From assembly GCF_023055435.1 (NCBI RefSeq), contig NW_025964001.1:40920001-40984000 (forward strand): DNA of 64,000 nucleotides, read 5' to 3'. The position numbers and the translations under genes were made by a program. This DNA is from Haliotis rufescens (lineage: Eukaryota). The notes under the pieces are model-generated. The model was not told the origin of the DNA and did no database searches. It was given only the letters and a program-made list of their open reading frames with translations. Shown here in pieces: positions 14,801-27,021 of the stretch. The number at the start of each line of letters is the position of its first letter. The stretch's first letter is position 1.

Positions 14801-17800
14801 AACATCTTTTGGTCTGACATGGCTTGGGATCGAACCCCAGTGCTTCCACTCTCCGGGCGGACGCTCTACCACTAGACCAAGGAGGCGGTCTACCACTTAC
14901 AGACCCCACAAGATTACAGTAAATACTACTGCTGTTAACAAAACCTTTTTATGGATATAACCATGACCCATCATAAAGAAATAATCCTCATATACATGGA
15001 ACTGCTTGGTAACAAATATTTAGACAGAGTTGGTTTCTCACTCTTCTTGAAAGCTTCCACAAACTCCCTGATAGACTTGAAGGAGCCCAGGTCACACTTC
15101 ATGACGGTCACCTCCTGCTTGTGGAGCGTCTTCATCTCATCCGCAGCCTCCTGGCCTCGAGCCTCATCCCGGCATGCTATGATCACCTTCGCACCTGCAT
15201 GGACAACACAGAAACAAGCTACATTACAACTTCCCATCATTTCAATCTCATCCGCAGCCTCCTGACCTCGAGCCTCATCCCGGCATGCTATGATCACCTT
15301 CACACCTGCATGGACAACACAGAAACAAGCTACATTACAACTTCCCATCATTTCAATCTCATCCGCAGCCTCCTGACCTCAAGCTTCATCCCAGCATGCT
15401 ATGATCACCTTCGCACCTGCATGGACAACACAGAAACAAGCTACATTGGTATATCATCTTCACGGGGGTTCACAACGTCACTGACGTTGACATGTTACAA
15501 CCATGATACCAAACAGATATGAAAAGAAGCATGCTGATCTAGAGATCAAATAACCGAAACATAACAACTTGTCCTTCTCCAACCCTTCTGATATAATAAA
15601 ATGTGCATTCAATAAAGGTTTTTTTCTGATAGCACCTTGACGTTTCTAAGCCCCTACCCATGATTAAACCATAGGTGTGGATTTATCACTATCAACAGGT
15701 AGATTTAACAACAAATGTGCACGTAGCCAGCAGGGTTTGCTTCTTTTAAAAGCTACTGGCCCTTCTCCAAACTAACCGGCCTACAACTAAATGGTGGAGG
15801 CCACAAAGTGGCCGGACATGACGTCGCATAGCAACCTAGCAGGGCTCTGAAAATTGTAGAGAACTCCTCACCCCTAAAACCTTTTTTCCTGAACTCTGAG
15901 ATTAAGTCTTGGCTTCCATTTGCCTCGTTTCGTGGCAATTTATGAGCAAATAAAGAAGTTGTTGTACACAACATTACAAAATGGCAACCGGTTGTCATTC
16001 CACCAAGATGATCAACCCCTGTATCAACCAAAATTGATCAAAATTATACAGTCTAAAATTTGCAATCTTGCACAACACTTAAAGTCAATCCGAGCTTGTG
16101 CTTGAAATGCTTGGCATCTATCTTATCAAACATTCTATTTCAGACCAACTTGCAGACTTGCAGTAATATACCATACACATGAATTATAAGTTGGCCAGGT
16201 AGTGGTCACTTTTTAAAAAATAATCACGGTTAATGCTGACCATCCTGATAATGAGATAAACCAGTGAAAATATCTGTCATAAAATTCATTCTGAAACCCA
16301 CAAGTACAGGTAGGTGCTGACAGACCAAGGACCATAAGGTGACACTTACAATCAGTAGATCCTGGTACAGCTAGGGGATGCAACTCTGCACATTAGGAAT
16401 GTTGGTAGCTCAGACCACTGTGGCACCATAGGAAAGTTAGGCAGTACTTGTACACTAGACATGCTTAGTATGTTCAACAACACAAGGCTCATGACCCAAC
16501 AGTTAGGAGTCGACCTACCTCTCCTGGCCATATATAACGCTGCAGCATTGCCGATGCCTGAGTTGCCACCAGTGACAATAACAACCTTCCCTTCCAGTTT
16601 TACTTCCTCCACAAACTGTGCGCCCCGCAACCATTGTCTGCAGATAATATGTGGATTAAGTTCATCATAAACACAAATGAATAAAGACATAATCACTCAT
16701 TGCGTTATAACTACTCCATAAACAACACTAAACATTTCAACATTCCTGAGACTTGTAAGAAATGTAAGTAAAAATTCCCAAAATGGAAATAAACATTTCC
16801 CAATTCATATAGTTATAACTAGTGTTATGGCTTTGTAGAGATGACTTGTATTTCACTGATAACAGGATCAAGATAGATGAAGAGGCTTTAATGCTTACTT
16901 TAACATTATTTCATTGGATGTACTGTTAAAATATGTCTGAATTAAAGAAAACATGAACTTCAAAACAAATTCCAATTTTGAACAAAATAATGATTCTTCC
17001 CAATTTGGCTGCCAAGGGCACTTAGTTTGGAATCATGGATAAATCCCTGTGTTTTGTTCATTATGATGTGTTATCAGCTTGCTCAGACTTCCACAGATAT
17101 GAAACAAATGATCATATAACAAGTGATTTTCCATCAGGAGAATTTATTAATTTTTACAGGGATAGAACTTAGAATCAGAAAAGTTGGCTTAGTTCGAATG
17201 ACAAATAAGGTTAAACTTTTCAACATGTTTAAATGACCATGGACTTCTTACAGCTTGATTGAACGCATACATAGGTCTTTGGGTTGGCTAGCTACAAAAT
17301 TGTAGTAATGTACTACAGGAATGCATCAAGTTTACCAGGTTTACTGCCTCGAGTGTGGGGAAATTTGACTTGTTCATCCGAAAATCACTGTAGAAGTGAT
17401 TGGGTCAACTGTATATGATGTAGCTAAGTGCTGACCAGACAACATTTTTACAAGGCTACCACACAGACCCTTGTGGTAAAGAAAAAACCCACATGTTTTT
17501 CTTTTTATCATTACATAATCACGATAATTTAAGTTGCCTGACAATTGATGGTGCCTGTTTTTCAAAACTAAATGAAACCTTTCTGCCTCTGATCAGGAAA
17601 AGTGTAGTCTGTGCGCCTTGCTTAACAAGACCTTGGAGATTCTTTATGATAGGTATTTAACTTGTTTAACAAGATTACATTTCTACAATTTTCAAGTTGT
17701 ACAATCCCACTTCTAACAATATTGCTTTGGTTTTTTTTCGAGTTATGGTGCAGCGTTCATAGAAAAGCAAAAACATTAATGTGCACAACACTTTAAAAAG

Positions 17801-18033
17801 GAGTGAATGAAATGAACTAATAGCTGGTTTCATGGAACCATAAGGCATAACCAATAACATGCATAATGCATGAGCATTTGTGATCGAAATTAGAACAATG
17901 GTTCGTCAGTTTAGTCTGAATTAGAACTATACCTTGCTGCATAAAATATTCCGACAGTAACACCGATGATAATTGGCCACCAAGAGGTAAAAATCTTCTC
18001 GGGGTCAGGGAATGGCAGCTGTGGTGAAGACAT
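8881..18033 (-). CDS. Retinol dehydrogenase 11/12/13-like SDR (paralogue A), 7 exons, 334 aa
   Basis: Exons 17933..18033, 16519..16637, 15042..15194, 13358..13462, 12483..12692, 10469..10676, 8881..8989 are all GT-AG and in frame. Contains N-terminal hydrophobic anchor [41 protein letters not shown] and catalytic YAQSK. Confidence 0.92.
10784..11289. mobile_element. MITE with CAGAGCTCCAGATAAGCT TIRs
   Basis: 18-bp TIR and 6-bp TSD TGTATT. A related copy lies at ~1504..1930. Confidence 0.85.
12140..12495 (-). repeat. ~50-bp tandem array (about 7 clear copies plus the real site) duplicating the RDH-A exon 5 donor
   Basis: Minus-strand unit ...GCTGGCTTAAAG|GTTGGTACATGTTTACTT... Donor-like sites at about 12481 (real), 12436, 12386, 12336, 12286, 12236, 12186 and 12146 (degenerate). 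Confidence 0.85.
12938..13106 (-). mobile_element. SINE family A (tRNA-Asp-like head, (ACTC)n tail), nested in a family C SINE
   Basis: A box TAGCCTAGTGG, B box GGTTCGATTCC. 15-bp TSD CTCACATCAAGCTGA at 12923..12937 and 13107..13121. Confidence 0.9.
13530..14002. mobile_element. MITE family G (TTCTCGCTACCGCTAAACAAAGATCT TIR)
   Basis: Inverted termini; homologous over its length to 23092..23670. Confidence 0.82.
14542..14890 (-). mobile_element. SINE family B, full length
   Basis: 13-bp TSD TACCACTTACAGA; A and B boxes present. Confidence 0.9.
15135..15446 (-). repeat. 111-bp tandem triplication of the RDH-A exon 3 acceptor
   Basis: Three near-identical TGTTTCTGTGTTGTCCATGCAG|GT acceptors, with exon starts at 15416, 15305 and 15194. 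Confidence 0.93.
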
Positions 18034-18365
18034 GATGAAGGATCAATGAAAACACGCCCAGTAATGCACAACCGGTCCGGAACTCGTTTCGTGTAGAAAA
18101 AGGGGGAGGTCACTCTAATTTACTAATTCTCACGTTGACTTGCTGAGTTCCATATTAATTCTTCTGTGTTAGTACTTTTGAGTATTTATTAGTTAGTTTT
18201 GTTATGTTTGCGTCATAAAATGATGGTCTACAGCGGGATCACCTTATTACTGCGGGACTAATGTCGGTAGCTTGTGTTTGATGATCTTTGTTATTGATGA
18301 ACAGGCTTCTCTGGAGGACCGGTCCAACTTTGGCTTGACGGAAAGGTCAGCACGGGACAGTGAGT
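18034..18365. promoter_or_regulatory. Probable bidirectional promoter and non-coding first exon between the two RDH genes
   Basis: Divergent genes with a locally CpG-richer stretch. A donor-like GA|GTAAGT lies near 18364 and an acceptor TTTTGTAG ends at 18961, just before the RDH13 ATG. Confidence 0.5.
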
Positions 18366-18964
18366 AAGTTCACAGGTTTATGTTATGTCCGCCAGTCAGG
18401 GAGTCACCTTTTTAACTTCTAAAATTAAAGAAGGTGTTCCTCCTCCCATTTCCCTGTTGCTAATGACAAATTGTACAGTATGTCCCATAGATCAATTTGT
18501 TTTCAAAATAATGATTAGTTTTTACGATTTTTTTCCATTGCGTCCATGTGCCACAACAAATTTAACAATTATGCATCAGATTTGTTTGAGTGATTTAATA
18601 TTAAGATTTTTTTGGTTTTGCATTGACATAATGTTACTAATTTACCATCACATTTCAAACCAGGAGACAACTTCTTATACCTGCTGACCTGACCGATATT
18701 ACAATGTCTTATGAATAAAATGTGACTTTTAAATTGTTGTGTAGAAGTTAAATTAACATATATGGAAAATCAACCTCCATACCAGCTATCACACAAACCT
18801 GCAATCTCCTTACCCATGGTGTGAGATTTTGCTAATAATATCAACCACTGGTTAATGTAATTGTTATAGATAAATCATAATAATTTATATTACCTGAAGG
18901 GATTGAACAAAACACCTTGACTTTCTTATATCAATCATGTTAATAATATTCTGTTTTGTAGACA

Positions 18965-21900
18965 ATGGGTTCCTACAGAATGCCGAAGTATGCTGTTCCT
19001 TTAAGTGCTCTTGGTACATTCATGGGAGGAATATATCTCTTGAAGTGAGTGCAGATAGGCCAATGTGTGGGCGCCATTCGGTAAAAAAATACAAAGTTGA
19101 TAAAACAAATGATAAAGGACAAAAGTAAGCAATAATAGTCAAATGTTACAAAAGAAATGAATGTTACCAAAAAAGGTACATACAAAAAATGAATTAAAAA
19201 TACAAAACAATGAACAACTAGCAAACCCATGACTTTATATGTAAAGAAGGAACAATGTGTACTAAAGAACGTCAGTGCACAAAAAGGACACTAAACTGCT
19301 AAAGGACAATGTTGACAATAAAGAAGGCCAATGGCACACCATTTTGTAAAACATTCCGAGTTTATATAGCTTGTTCTGCCAAGAACATGATAAATGCATG
19401 CCAAATGATGTTGATTTCTCAGGTTCTTAACATTTTTTTATGAATTAATATTGTGCTGAATATTTTTGTGTAAACTTTAATCCCCTACCTGATGTGTTGT
19501 ATACAGAGACTACATGGGCGGAGGGAAGTACACCGGTGAGGAGAGGTTGCCTGGACGGACTGCCATCATCACTGGCGCCAACACTGGCATAGGGAAGGAA
19601 ACGGCAAGAGATTTGGCCAGGAGAGGTATGTGACACTGGTCTGGATGGAGGTAATCTGAATGATGGATGGTCAGGCTGAAACGATACAGCAAGGTCTTGA
19701 CACGATAGATACATAGATCACGATATGAATTGTATCACAATAAGCATACTGTATTCGATGTAATAAGCACCCAGGGCGCTCTCAAAATTAGAAATAGGGG
19801 ACGCTTATTGGAATTATTTGTTCCAAACAGGAAGTGCCGGTAATCAGCAGGTAAAGTTGAAAAATGAAATATAAACATACGCTCTGTGTTTGTGATTTTC
19901 AAATATTACCTTTTATTACTTACCTTTTTTTTCGGTGAGAATGATGATGTATTGATCAGGTCGCCAGTTTAACAATCAATATATACAGGTTGTGAATAAA
20001 AATACTTCAACCACCTACCCAAGATTAAATTTTTAAATACAAAGATCCTAAAAAGTACATCTAGTTTTTAATTAATCATCGTTTTCAGAAGTAACCTAAC
20101 TTCGCATAACAGCACTGTCACAGGCTAATTTGCTTATCATGTAACTGGACTTTTCTCTCGTTTTCATACAAACACTGAAATCGGAACAGACTGATGCTTT
20201 ACATATTGTTTTGAGTATTTTTTTGCTACTAAAACTATGACTGTGAGGTTCACGATAATACATATTTATGCATCAAAGTGACCTTACGCTATCTCTCCAT
20301 ATGGCTTTGATGACACCATCAAATGGAAACTACGCAAATGGAAATAGTTCTTCAGGTTTTGAGATATTTTCTCACTGAAAGTTAACCTTGACAAATGTTT
20401 TTCTTGATGTTTAGACTCGTAAAATAACGAAACAGAAGAAAATAAGATCATTGTTCATGCATTGATAAATATGAGTTAGGCTGTCGCAGTATGTGATAAA
20501 GCAGGTTTCATTGAACGTGTTGAACGGAAGTTGTAAGTATTGTAGGGACATGATTTCTCCGAAATTATTATGTAAACACTCTTGAATGAAATTTTTAATA
20601 AAATTAATAAAATAGATTGTAAACATAAGTCCAGATATACAATGAACACTTAAACATAGTAAGAAAGGGGTTAACTTGCTTAATTCAATGCGGATTTGTT
20701 GATATTCTATTTCCGATGACGGATCATGACAGTTATTTATACGACCGCCTGAAATGATACTAAAGAAAAGGTTGGTGCATTTTATATATGAGAGATATAT
20801 TTTTCCAGAATTTAATTGCCCATTATTAAGGGTGCGCATAACACACGAGTGCGTATTATACTCATAATAAGTAAGTTTTGTGTACACTGATCAATCGGAA
20901 GGGGCGCTTATTGGTATTGTTTTAATATATTAGCAAATACTAGAGTGGGGCGCTTATTATGTCGAATACAGTATTTACGTCAAATTGTGTGACTAAAAAT
21001 ATGTCAGAGTTGGTTCAAAAGGAAAAGCTAGCTGTAGAATCATTGTTTCGTACTGGCTATTTTTAGTATTGAACTTGAAATGATAATTACAACAGATACA
21101 AGGACTGGTTAACTCGGAGTCAGTTTACTGTGTTTGAGTGGGGTCTCCATGTTTTATTTCGGGATGGTATTTGTAAAACACTATCCTTTTACTTTTGCAA
21201 TATTGTTTATCTGTAAAACAAGAAATGAATTGGCCTTGCCAAATTTTCAGTGAGTGTGTGAGTTGGGTTGAATGCCTCTTTTTTAACAGAATTACAGTTT
21301 TATCAGATATATATATGGGAGGTAAGCCCGGAGTGATGACGGTTTGAAAACAAATTTGTCTTAGTCAATATGGATTAGTGATTAGTGTACATAAATGTAT
21401 TTGTATGGCAGGAGGTCGGATCATCATGGCATGCCGGGATCTAGACAAGTGTGAGCGTGCCCGGGCGGAGATCGTGTTGGAGACGGCAAACCGCAACATC
21501 AAATGTCAGCTGCTCGACCTTGCTTCAGTCGGGTCAATCAAGGCTTTCGCAAAGGCAGTCAATCAAAGTGAGGAATAGTTTCTGTAACATCTGGTCAGTG
21601 GTTCTGCATATTCCAGTATGGCAATGTTTAGTGGGATTCTATTACATGTGACCATGTTCCATCATTTGGTGTACAGAGTTACTTCCCTTTGATGTGCCAG
21701 GATCCGCTGATGTGCAACGTCTTAGATTCGCCTTGATTATGACCCTTGGTCTGTTGCCTGCTTTCCTAATAGTGGTACAAGTTTCTGACTTAATATCAAA
21801 AGCAGCAGTAGAGCCAATTCAATTCACTCAATCAGTTGAAACTCCAATCTTAAATCATGAGCATTGTAACAGTCTCATGTGTCTCAACCCACTGTGTCTT

Positions 21901-24900
21901 GAATGTCTTGAAACAGGCTGACCGCCTTTGTGGTCCAGTGGTAGAGCGTCTGCCTGGAGAGCAAAAGGTCAGGGTTCAAAGCCGCGTCACAGCAGAGGTG
22001 TTAAGAGATGGTACTTGTTGTTACTCTGCCTGGCACTCGGCATAAAAGTGAATAAAATAAAGATCAATTTGCTTATCAGTTGTGTGTGATATATCTAACA
22101 AATATAATGAACTTTTCAGATGAGAAGCGTCTGGACATTCTAATCAACAATGCTGGCATCATGAGATGTCCAAAACTCCTGACTGAAGACGGTTTTGAGA
22201 TGCAGTTAGGCGTCAACCATCTAGGTATGTTTGAGATGCAGTTAGGCATCAACCATCTAGGTGTGTTTGAGATGCAGTTTGGTGTCAACCATCTAGGTAT
22301 GTTTGAGATGCAGTTAGGCGTCAACCATCTAGGTATGTTTGAGATGCAGTTGGGTGTCAACCATCTAGGTATGTTTGAGATGCAGTTTGGTGTCAACCAT
22401 CTAGGTATGTTTGAGATGCAGTTAGGCGTCAACCATCTAGGTATGTTTGAGATGCAGTTTGGTGTCAACCATCTAGGTGTGTTTGAGATGCAGTTGGGTG
22501 TCAACCATCTAGGTATGTTTGAGATGCAGTTTGGTGTCAACCATCTAGGTATGTTTGAGATGCAGTTTGGTGTCAACCATCTAGGTATGTTTGAGATGCA
22601 GTTGGGTGTCAACCATCTAGGTATGTTTGAGATGTAAGTAAGTAGGTAAGTTTTTAATGCAGCGACAGTAAATCATCCAAGCAGTTTTGAGATTTGTTCA
22701 TTATTAACCATCCTTGTAGGTCTGAGATGCAAAAATCTAGGTAGGTTTGTGAAAAAGAGAGCTATAAATCATCTATATAGGTTTGAGTTAAAACTTGTCC
22801 TCCAATGAAATGCATATACTCTTTGTGTTTATCATATGATGAGTCACCAGTTTTTTTGACAATCAGGACATTTTCTGCTGACACATCTGCTGTTGGACAA
22901 GCTCAAAGCATCTGCTCCTAGTCGTATCATCAACGTATCCAGCCTGGCCCACAGCAGGGGTCGAATCAACTTTGAGGACTTGAACAGTGCAAACAGCTAT
23001 GCCCCAGCTGCTGCTTATGAACAGAGCAAACTCGCCAATGTGCTGTTTACGGTGGAACTGGCAAAACGATTGAAAGGTTTCACAGCCAGTTTCATTAAAA
23101 TCAGATCTCAGTGCTCGCTACCACTACTCAAAGATCTTAGGACTTCCCATAAGGGATCACGTCAGAACGACCTTTCGCAAACGTTGACCGACCAATGACA
23201 TGACTTACAAGAAGCCAACATTAGCCAATCAGGGAGCAGCTTCCTCAAGATTTATGGCATTGATTTCAAACTGGCGACTTTCATTTCAGAGTATTTGACA
23301 AATTTCTCAATGAAATCTGAAAACCGAACAACAGAAAATTGTGGAATGTCTAATGGATGCCTGAGATTGTATGACAGTGCTTGCAACGGACTATGGAAAA
23401 TCTCTTTCGTTGCAAATGTTATCTCATTGAAGGGAGAGATAGACTATGACTCAGACAGAATCAGTCATACAGCCTGTAGCTGTCATTCAGAATGCCCTGT
23501 GTTAACCTTATTCAAGGTTGCATGATTAGAAAACACATTCCGACTGTCACTCTCCCAATCTGGTAAGCAATGCTCTGATTGGTTGGATAAATGGTCATTT
23601 TGACGTGACCCGTAAACATGGTAAAGAGATGTCCTTAGATCTTTGTTTAGCGGTAGCGAGAACTAATGAGATTGGTATCACAGCCTATATTGTTAAACCA
23701 TCCTAGTTCATATGTTTCATGGTGACATGTTTGTGTCAGGGTTAATCTTTCCCAGTTGGCCACTTTTAAAAGGGGAGACACACTTGTATCTTAAAAGCAT
23801 CTGTCTATCCGAGTATTACCTGAAACATGATGAGTTCTTCATACCATCAAAAAGATGTTTACCTGGTAACCAGGATCGCTGTAAGGACTATTGGTGTTTT
23901 TTGACAGACACTGGCGTAACTTGTAATGCTGTCAACCCTGGGCTTGTGAAGACGGAGATCGGCCGGCACCTGAGTGTCACCAAGTCCTACATTTCAAGCT
24001 TCCTGTTGTTCCCCTTCCTGTGGCTGATGCTGAAGACTCCACGGCAGGGAGCTCAGACAACACTGTACGCTGCACTAGACCCAAGGCTGGCTGCAGTCAC
24101 AGGGAAATATTTCAGGTACTGTATGTCAGGACATGATTTAGTTTTACTATCAGACAACACTGTACGCTGCACTAGACCCCAGGCTGGCTGCAGTCACAGG
24201 GAAATATTTCAGGTACTGTATGTCAGGACATTTAGTTTTACTATCAGACAACACTGTACGCTGCACTAGACCCCAGGCTGGCCGCAGTCACAGGGAAATA
24301 TTTCAGGTACTGTATGTCAGGACATTTAGTTTTACTATCAGACAACACTGTACGCTGCACTAGACCCCAGGCTAGCCAAATAATCTCACCCAACACTGCA
24401 GTTTCAGCGTACATGTGCAGAAGCCAGATATCAATGGACGTTTTTACTTTGGTGATGTTGACCGATTTTGTTTAATATTAAATGTCCCCTGTGTCTACAA
24501 TACTACATTACATTTGGAAGAAATCCTTCGATATCAGATTCTGTCAAAGTTCTCTTGAAACTCATCCTACACTGGGTTTTTGGGCCAAATGTGGCTGCTT
24601 TGAAGGCCTTATTGAAAATCAAATTACTGTTTTGTGAACAGCTTCTAGAGATATCTCCGAATGGATCTTCCAATCCAAATTTTAGACTTTGTGCTTTCAA
24701 ATAAAATAAAGAATATTCTAATCATGATTACCATAGACATGCCTAAAGCCTCAGTTTCAGGACTTTAAAAGTCAAGTTTCCACCCTTGCCGAACTAAGCT
24801 GGAATTTCCAGACTCAATCGTAGCGCCACTAGTGGCTATCACTATCTAGTTATATCCCTTCTATGTCCCTGCTATTGACCAATCAGATTCCATCTCTCAT

Positions 24901-25439
24901 ATCACTTGCATTTGCTTCAAACAAAATGGCAGCACCCAGTCAAGAATGATCAGTTGACGGAAATCTGCACGTTGAGATCCATGTTGTTTACGAACCGGAT
25001 GTCTAGTTCGTTGCGCGATTGTGATTGGACTATGCATAGACTCGTAAGACTCGTAAGAATTCCAGCCTAGTTCGGCAAGGGTTGAAACTGGACCTTTGCA
25101 GCCTCTTCTGGGCCTTATTGCACAAAGTGATCTTAGTGCTAAGGCTATGATAACTGTATGTAAAAGTATATGAGTCTGATCGTCATACCACTAAGATCGC
25201 TTTGTACAAGTGGGCCCTGGTGATCTTAAAGTCGCAGAAGAAAATTAGACAAAGTTCTTTGTTCAGTAAAAATGAACCTTCCTCAAAAACACTGATTCCA
25301 AAATGGTAGTCCTATATTGAGCATTATATGTTCCTGTTGCAGTGACTGTGAAGAGCAGGCCCTGTCCCAGCAGGTGGTGGATGAGGCGGTCATCAAGAGA
25401 TTGTGGGCGATCAGTGAAAAATGGACTCGAATCACATGA
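18965..25439 (+). CDS. RDH13: Retinol dehydrogenase 13-like SDR (paralogue B), 7 coding exons, 324 aa
   Basis: Exons 18965..19044, 19507..19625, 21412..21567, 22120..22224, 22867..23076, 23908..24115, 25343..25439 are in frame. [67 protein letters not shown] and YEQSK closely match vertebrate RDH13 as recalled. Confidence 0.9.
19749..20971. mobile_element. Non-autonomous Tc1/mariner-pogo-type element
   Basis: TA-flanked TIR CTGTATTCGA..TAATAAGCACCC / GGGCGCTTATTA..TCGAATACAG; no transposase ORF. Confidence 0.82.
22194..22634 (+). repeat. 36-bp x12 tandem array duplicating the RDH13 exon 4 donor
   Basis: Unit TTTGAGATGCAGTT(A/T/G)GG(C/T)GTCAACCATCTAG|GT(A/G)TG, with donors every 36 bp from 22224 to 22620. 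Confidence 0.95.
23092..23670. mobile_element. MITE family G
   Basis: Same TIR and body as the 13530 copy. A collapsed remnant lies at 43575..43632. Confidence 0.82.
24054..24373 (+). repeat. 94-97-bp x3.3 tandem array duplicating the RDH13 exon 6 3' end and donor
   Basis: TTCAG|GTACTGT donors after 24115, 24212 and 24306. Confidence 0.93.
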
Positions 25440-25589
25440 CAAACCACACCATTGAGAGTGATACTGTCAGGAGTATTGAGAACATTTTCTGGAAATTTGA
25501 CTCATGCTCTGAACCTAGACTGCAATGACAGACGAAGAGGTTGTGCACTTTCACCCTGTCATGTGTGGGGTTGTGTTTTTATGTAGATA

Positions 25590-26270
25590 CAGTAACCTAC
25601 ATTTATGACGAACACGCTTATAACAAACTGACGGATATAACAAACTGTTTGTTTGGTCCTGGCCATTTGCTGTATATTTCATCATATAAAATTGATGGAT
25701 ATAGCGAACATGCTTATAACGAAATAACGGATATAGCAACTCACCTTCTGGTCCTGTGTGTACTCTGTCAACGATAATGTTTAAGTGTATCACAAGCTGT
25801 TAATCCCTGAGCTGAGGTCCTCACCTGTTATACCCATCTGCCTATCAAAACATCCGTGGCCAAGCGCAGCTGTTCAAAGCAGCAATAAACAATTGAAGGC
25901 ATTTATTTACACTTGCGTACTGACACCTTGTCCTCAAATTACATCCTCAATTAAAAATAGTAACAGTGATTTGGCTATAGCCTTTGAAATGGATATATTC
26001 TGTGTATAAAATTCGATGACTGGAGTAAGGAAATCCGTCTGTCAACAAATGTTCAAAGCAAGATCGCAGAAACATGTTTTTATTTATGTTATGTATTATG
26101 AATAAACATAATACATGTACAGTGCACACTTTTGTTATTTATCAAGTAACTTGATGTGGTCACATGACTTGATCAAAGATGTCTGACGGTCAAAATGCCT
26201 ATAACGAACAACGGATACAATGAATTAAAACTAGTGGTCCCTTTGAGTTCATTATAATCGTAGTTTACTG
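25590..26270. mobile_element. Tigger/pogo-like MITE downstream of the RDH13 stop codon
   Basis: TA|CAGTAA..TTACTG|TA termini with imperfect ~24-bp TIRs and internal TATAACGAA repeats. Confidence 0.78.
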
Positions 26271-26399
26271 TATCTGGAAATGGGGGTGAATAAAGAATCA
26301 AAGAGATATCAACTTTATTTCAAGTAGTTGCCGTGAGAACATGTGAACTTCAAGTCTTAGTAGTTCTCATAGGGGTTGAGGAGCACTGCTCATCCATCA

Positions 26400-26507
26400 G
26401 GGCCCACTTGTACAGAGCAATCTTAGTGCTAAGGTGATCGTAATTCCCATATTTTAACATAGGCTTACAATAGTCATAGCGCTAAGATGGCTTTGTGCAA
26501 GTGAGCC
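26400..26507. mobile_element. Small MITE with CWG target duplication (PIF/Harbinger-type by inference)
   Basis: CAG|GGCCCACTTGTACA..TGTGCAAGTGAGCC|CAG. Copies at ~25111..25216 (CTG TSD) and ~7014..7226 (CAG TSD, internally amplified). Confidence 0.75.
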
Positions 26508-27021
26508 CAGGTGCTCGCCAGTACACACAAGTTGAGCACAATGTAATGAACCATTTCATCTACGTGATCTAGTGAAGTTAGGCAAGGTGAAATGGGGTTT
26601 AACGTTAAGATTTTTGCACTTGTAACGATGTGTGTGGATGCATGCCTTTATGTGTGCTGCTTGTACTAGGTCAGATTAATGCTGCTTTTAAACAAGGGTT
26701 ACTTGAAACGTTCTGAGCCTCACATCAAAGGAATTGTTTAATAGTGAAATCGTATGTTACATAATGTCATAGAGGTGAAGTGGAAAATTGTTTTCTTGAG
26801 ACAAGTCCGTGAAAATATGCGGGGGTCTGTGACCTTTGGAAAATGGACAAAACATGCAGTGATCATACCATTGCCAAGTAACAATTATTGAAAAAGGTTT
26901 AGTTTAGTTGACATGTGAACTATAAAGTTGTTTTGTACCCATCTGTGTACATTTGTAAACTCAGTTATAGGATATAGATCCTTAAGGCTCTGTAGCTCAC
27001 CTATGTTTCTCTGATATATTA

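Noticed and set aside
15121-15522. 133-aa plus-strand repeat ORF
   Set aside because: Antisense reading of the 111-bp acceptor triplication.
18297-18338. 13-codon uORF in the putative RDH13 leader exon
   Set aside because: The TSS and leader exon are not established from sequence alone, and short ORFs arise by chance.
20411-20887. 158-aa ORF inside a TIR element
   Set aside because: AT-rich with no recognisable DDE or HTH motif; treated as a chance ORF.
22076-22612. 178-aa minus-strand repeat ORF
   Set aside because: Antisense reading of the 36-bp donor array.
22194-22634. CRISPR-like 36-bp (and 28-33-bp) periodicity
   Set aside because: Head-to-tail repeats with no unique spacers, no cas genes, and a eukaryotic intron context.
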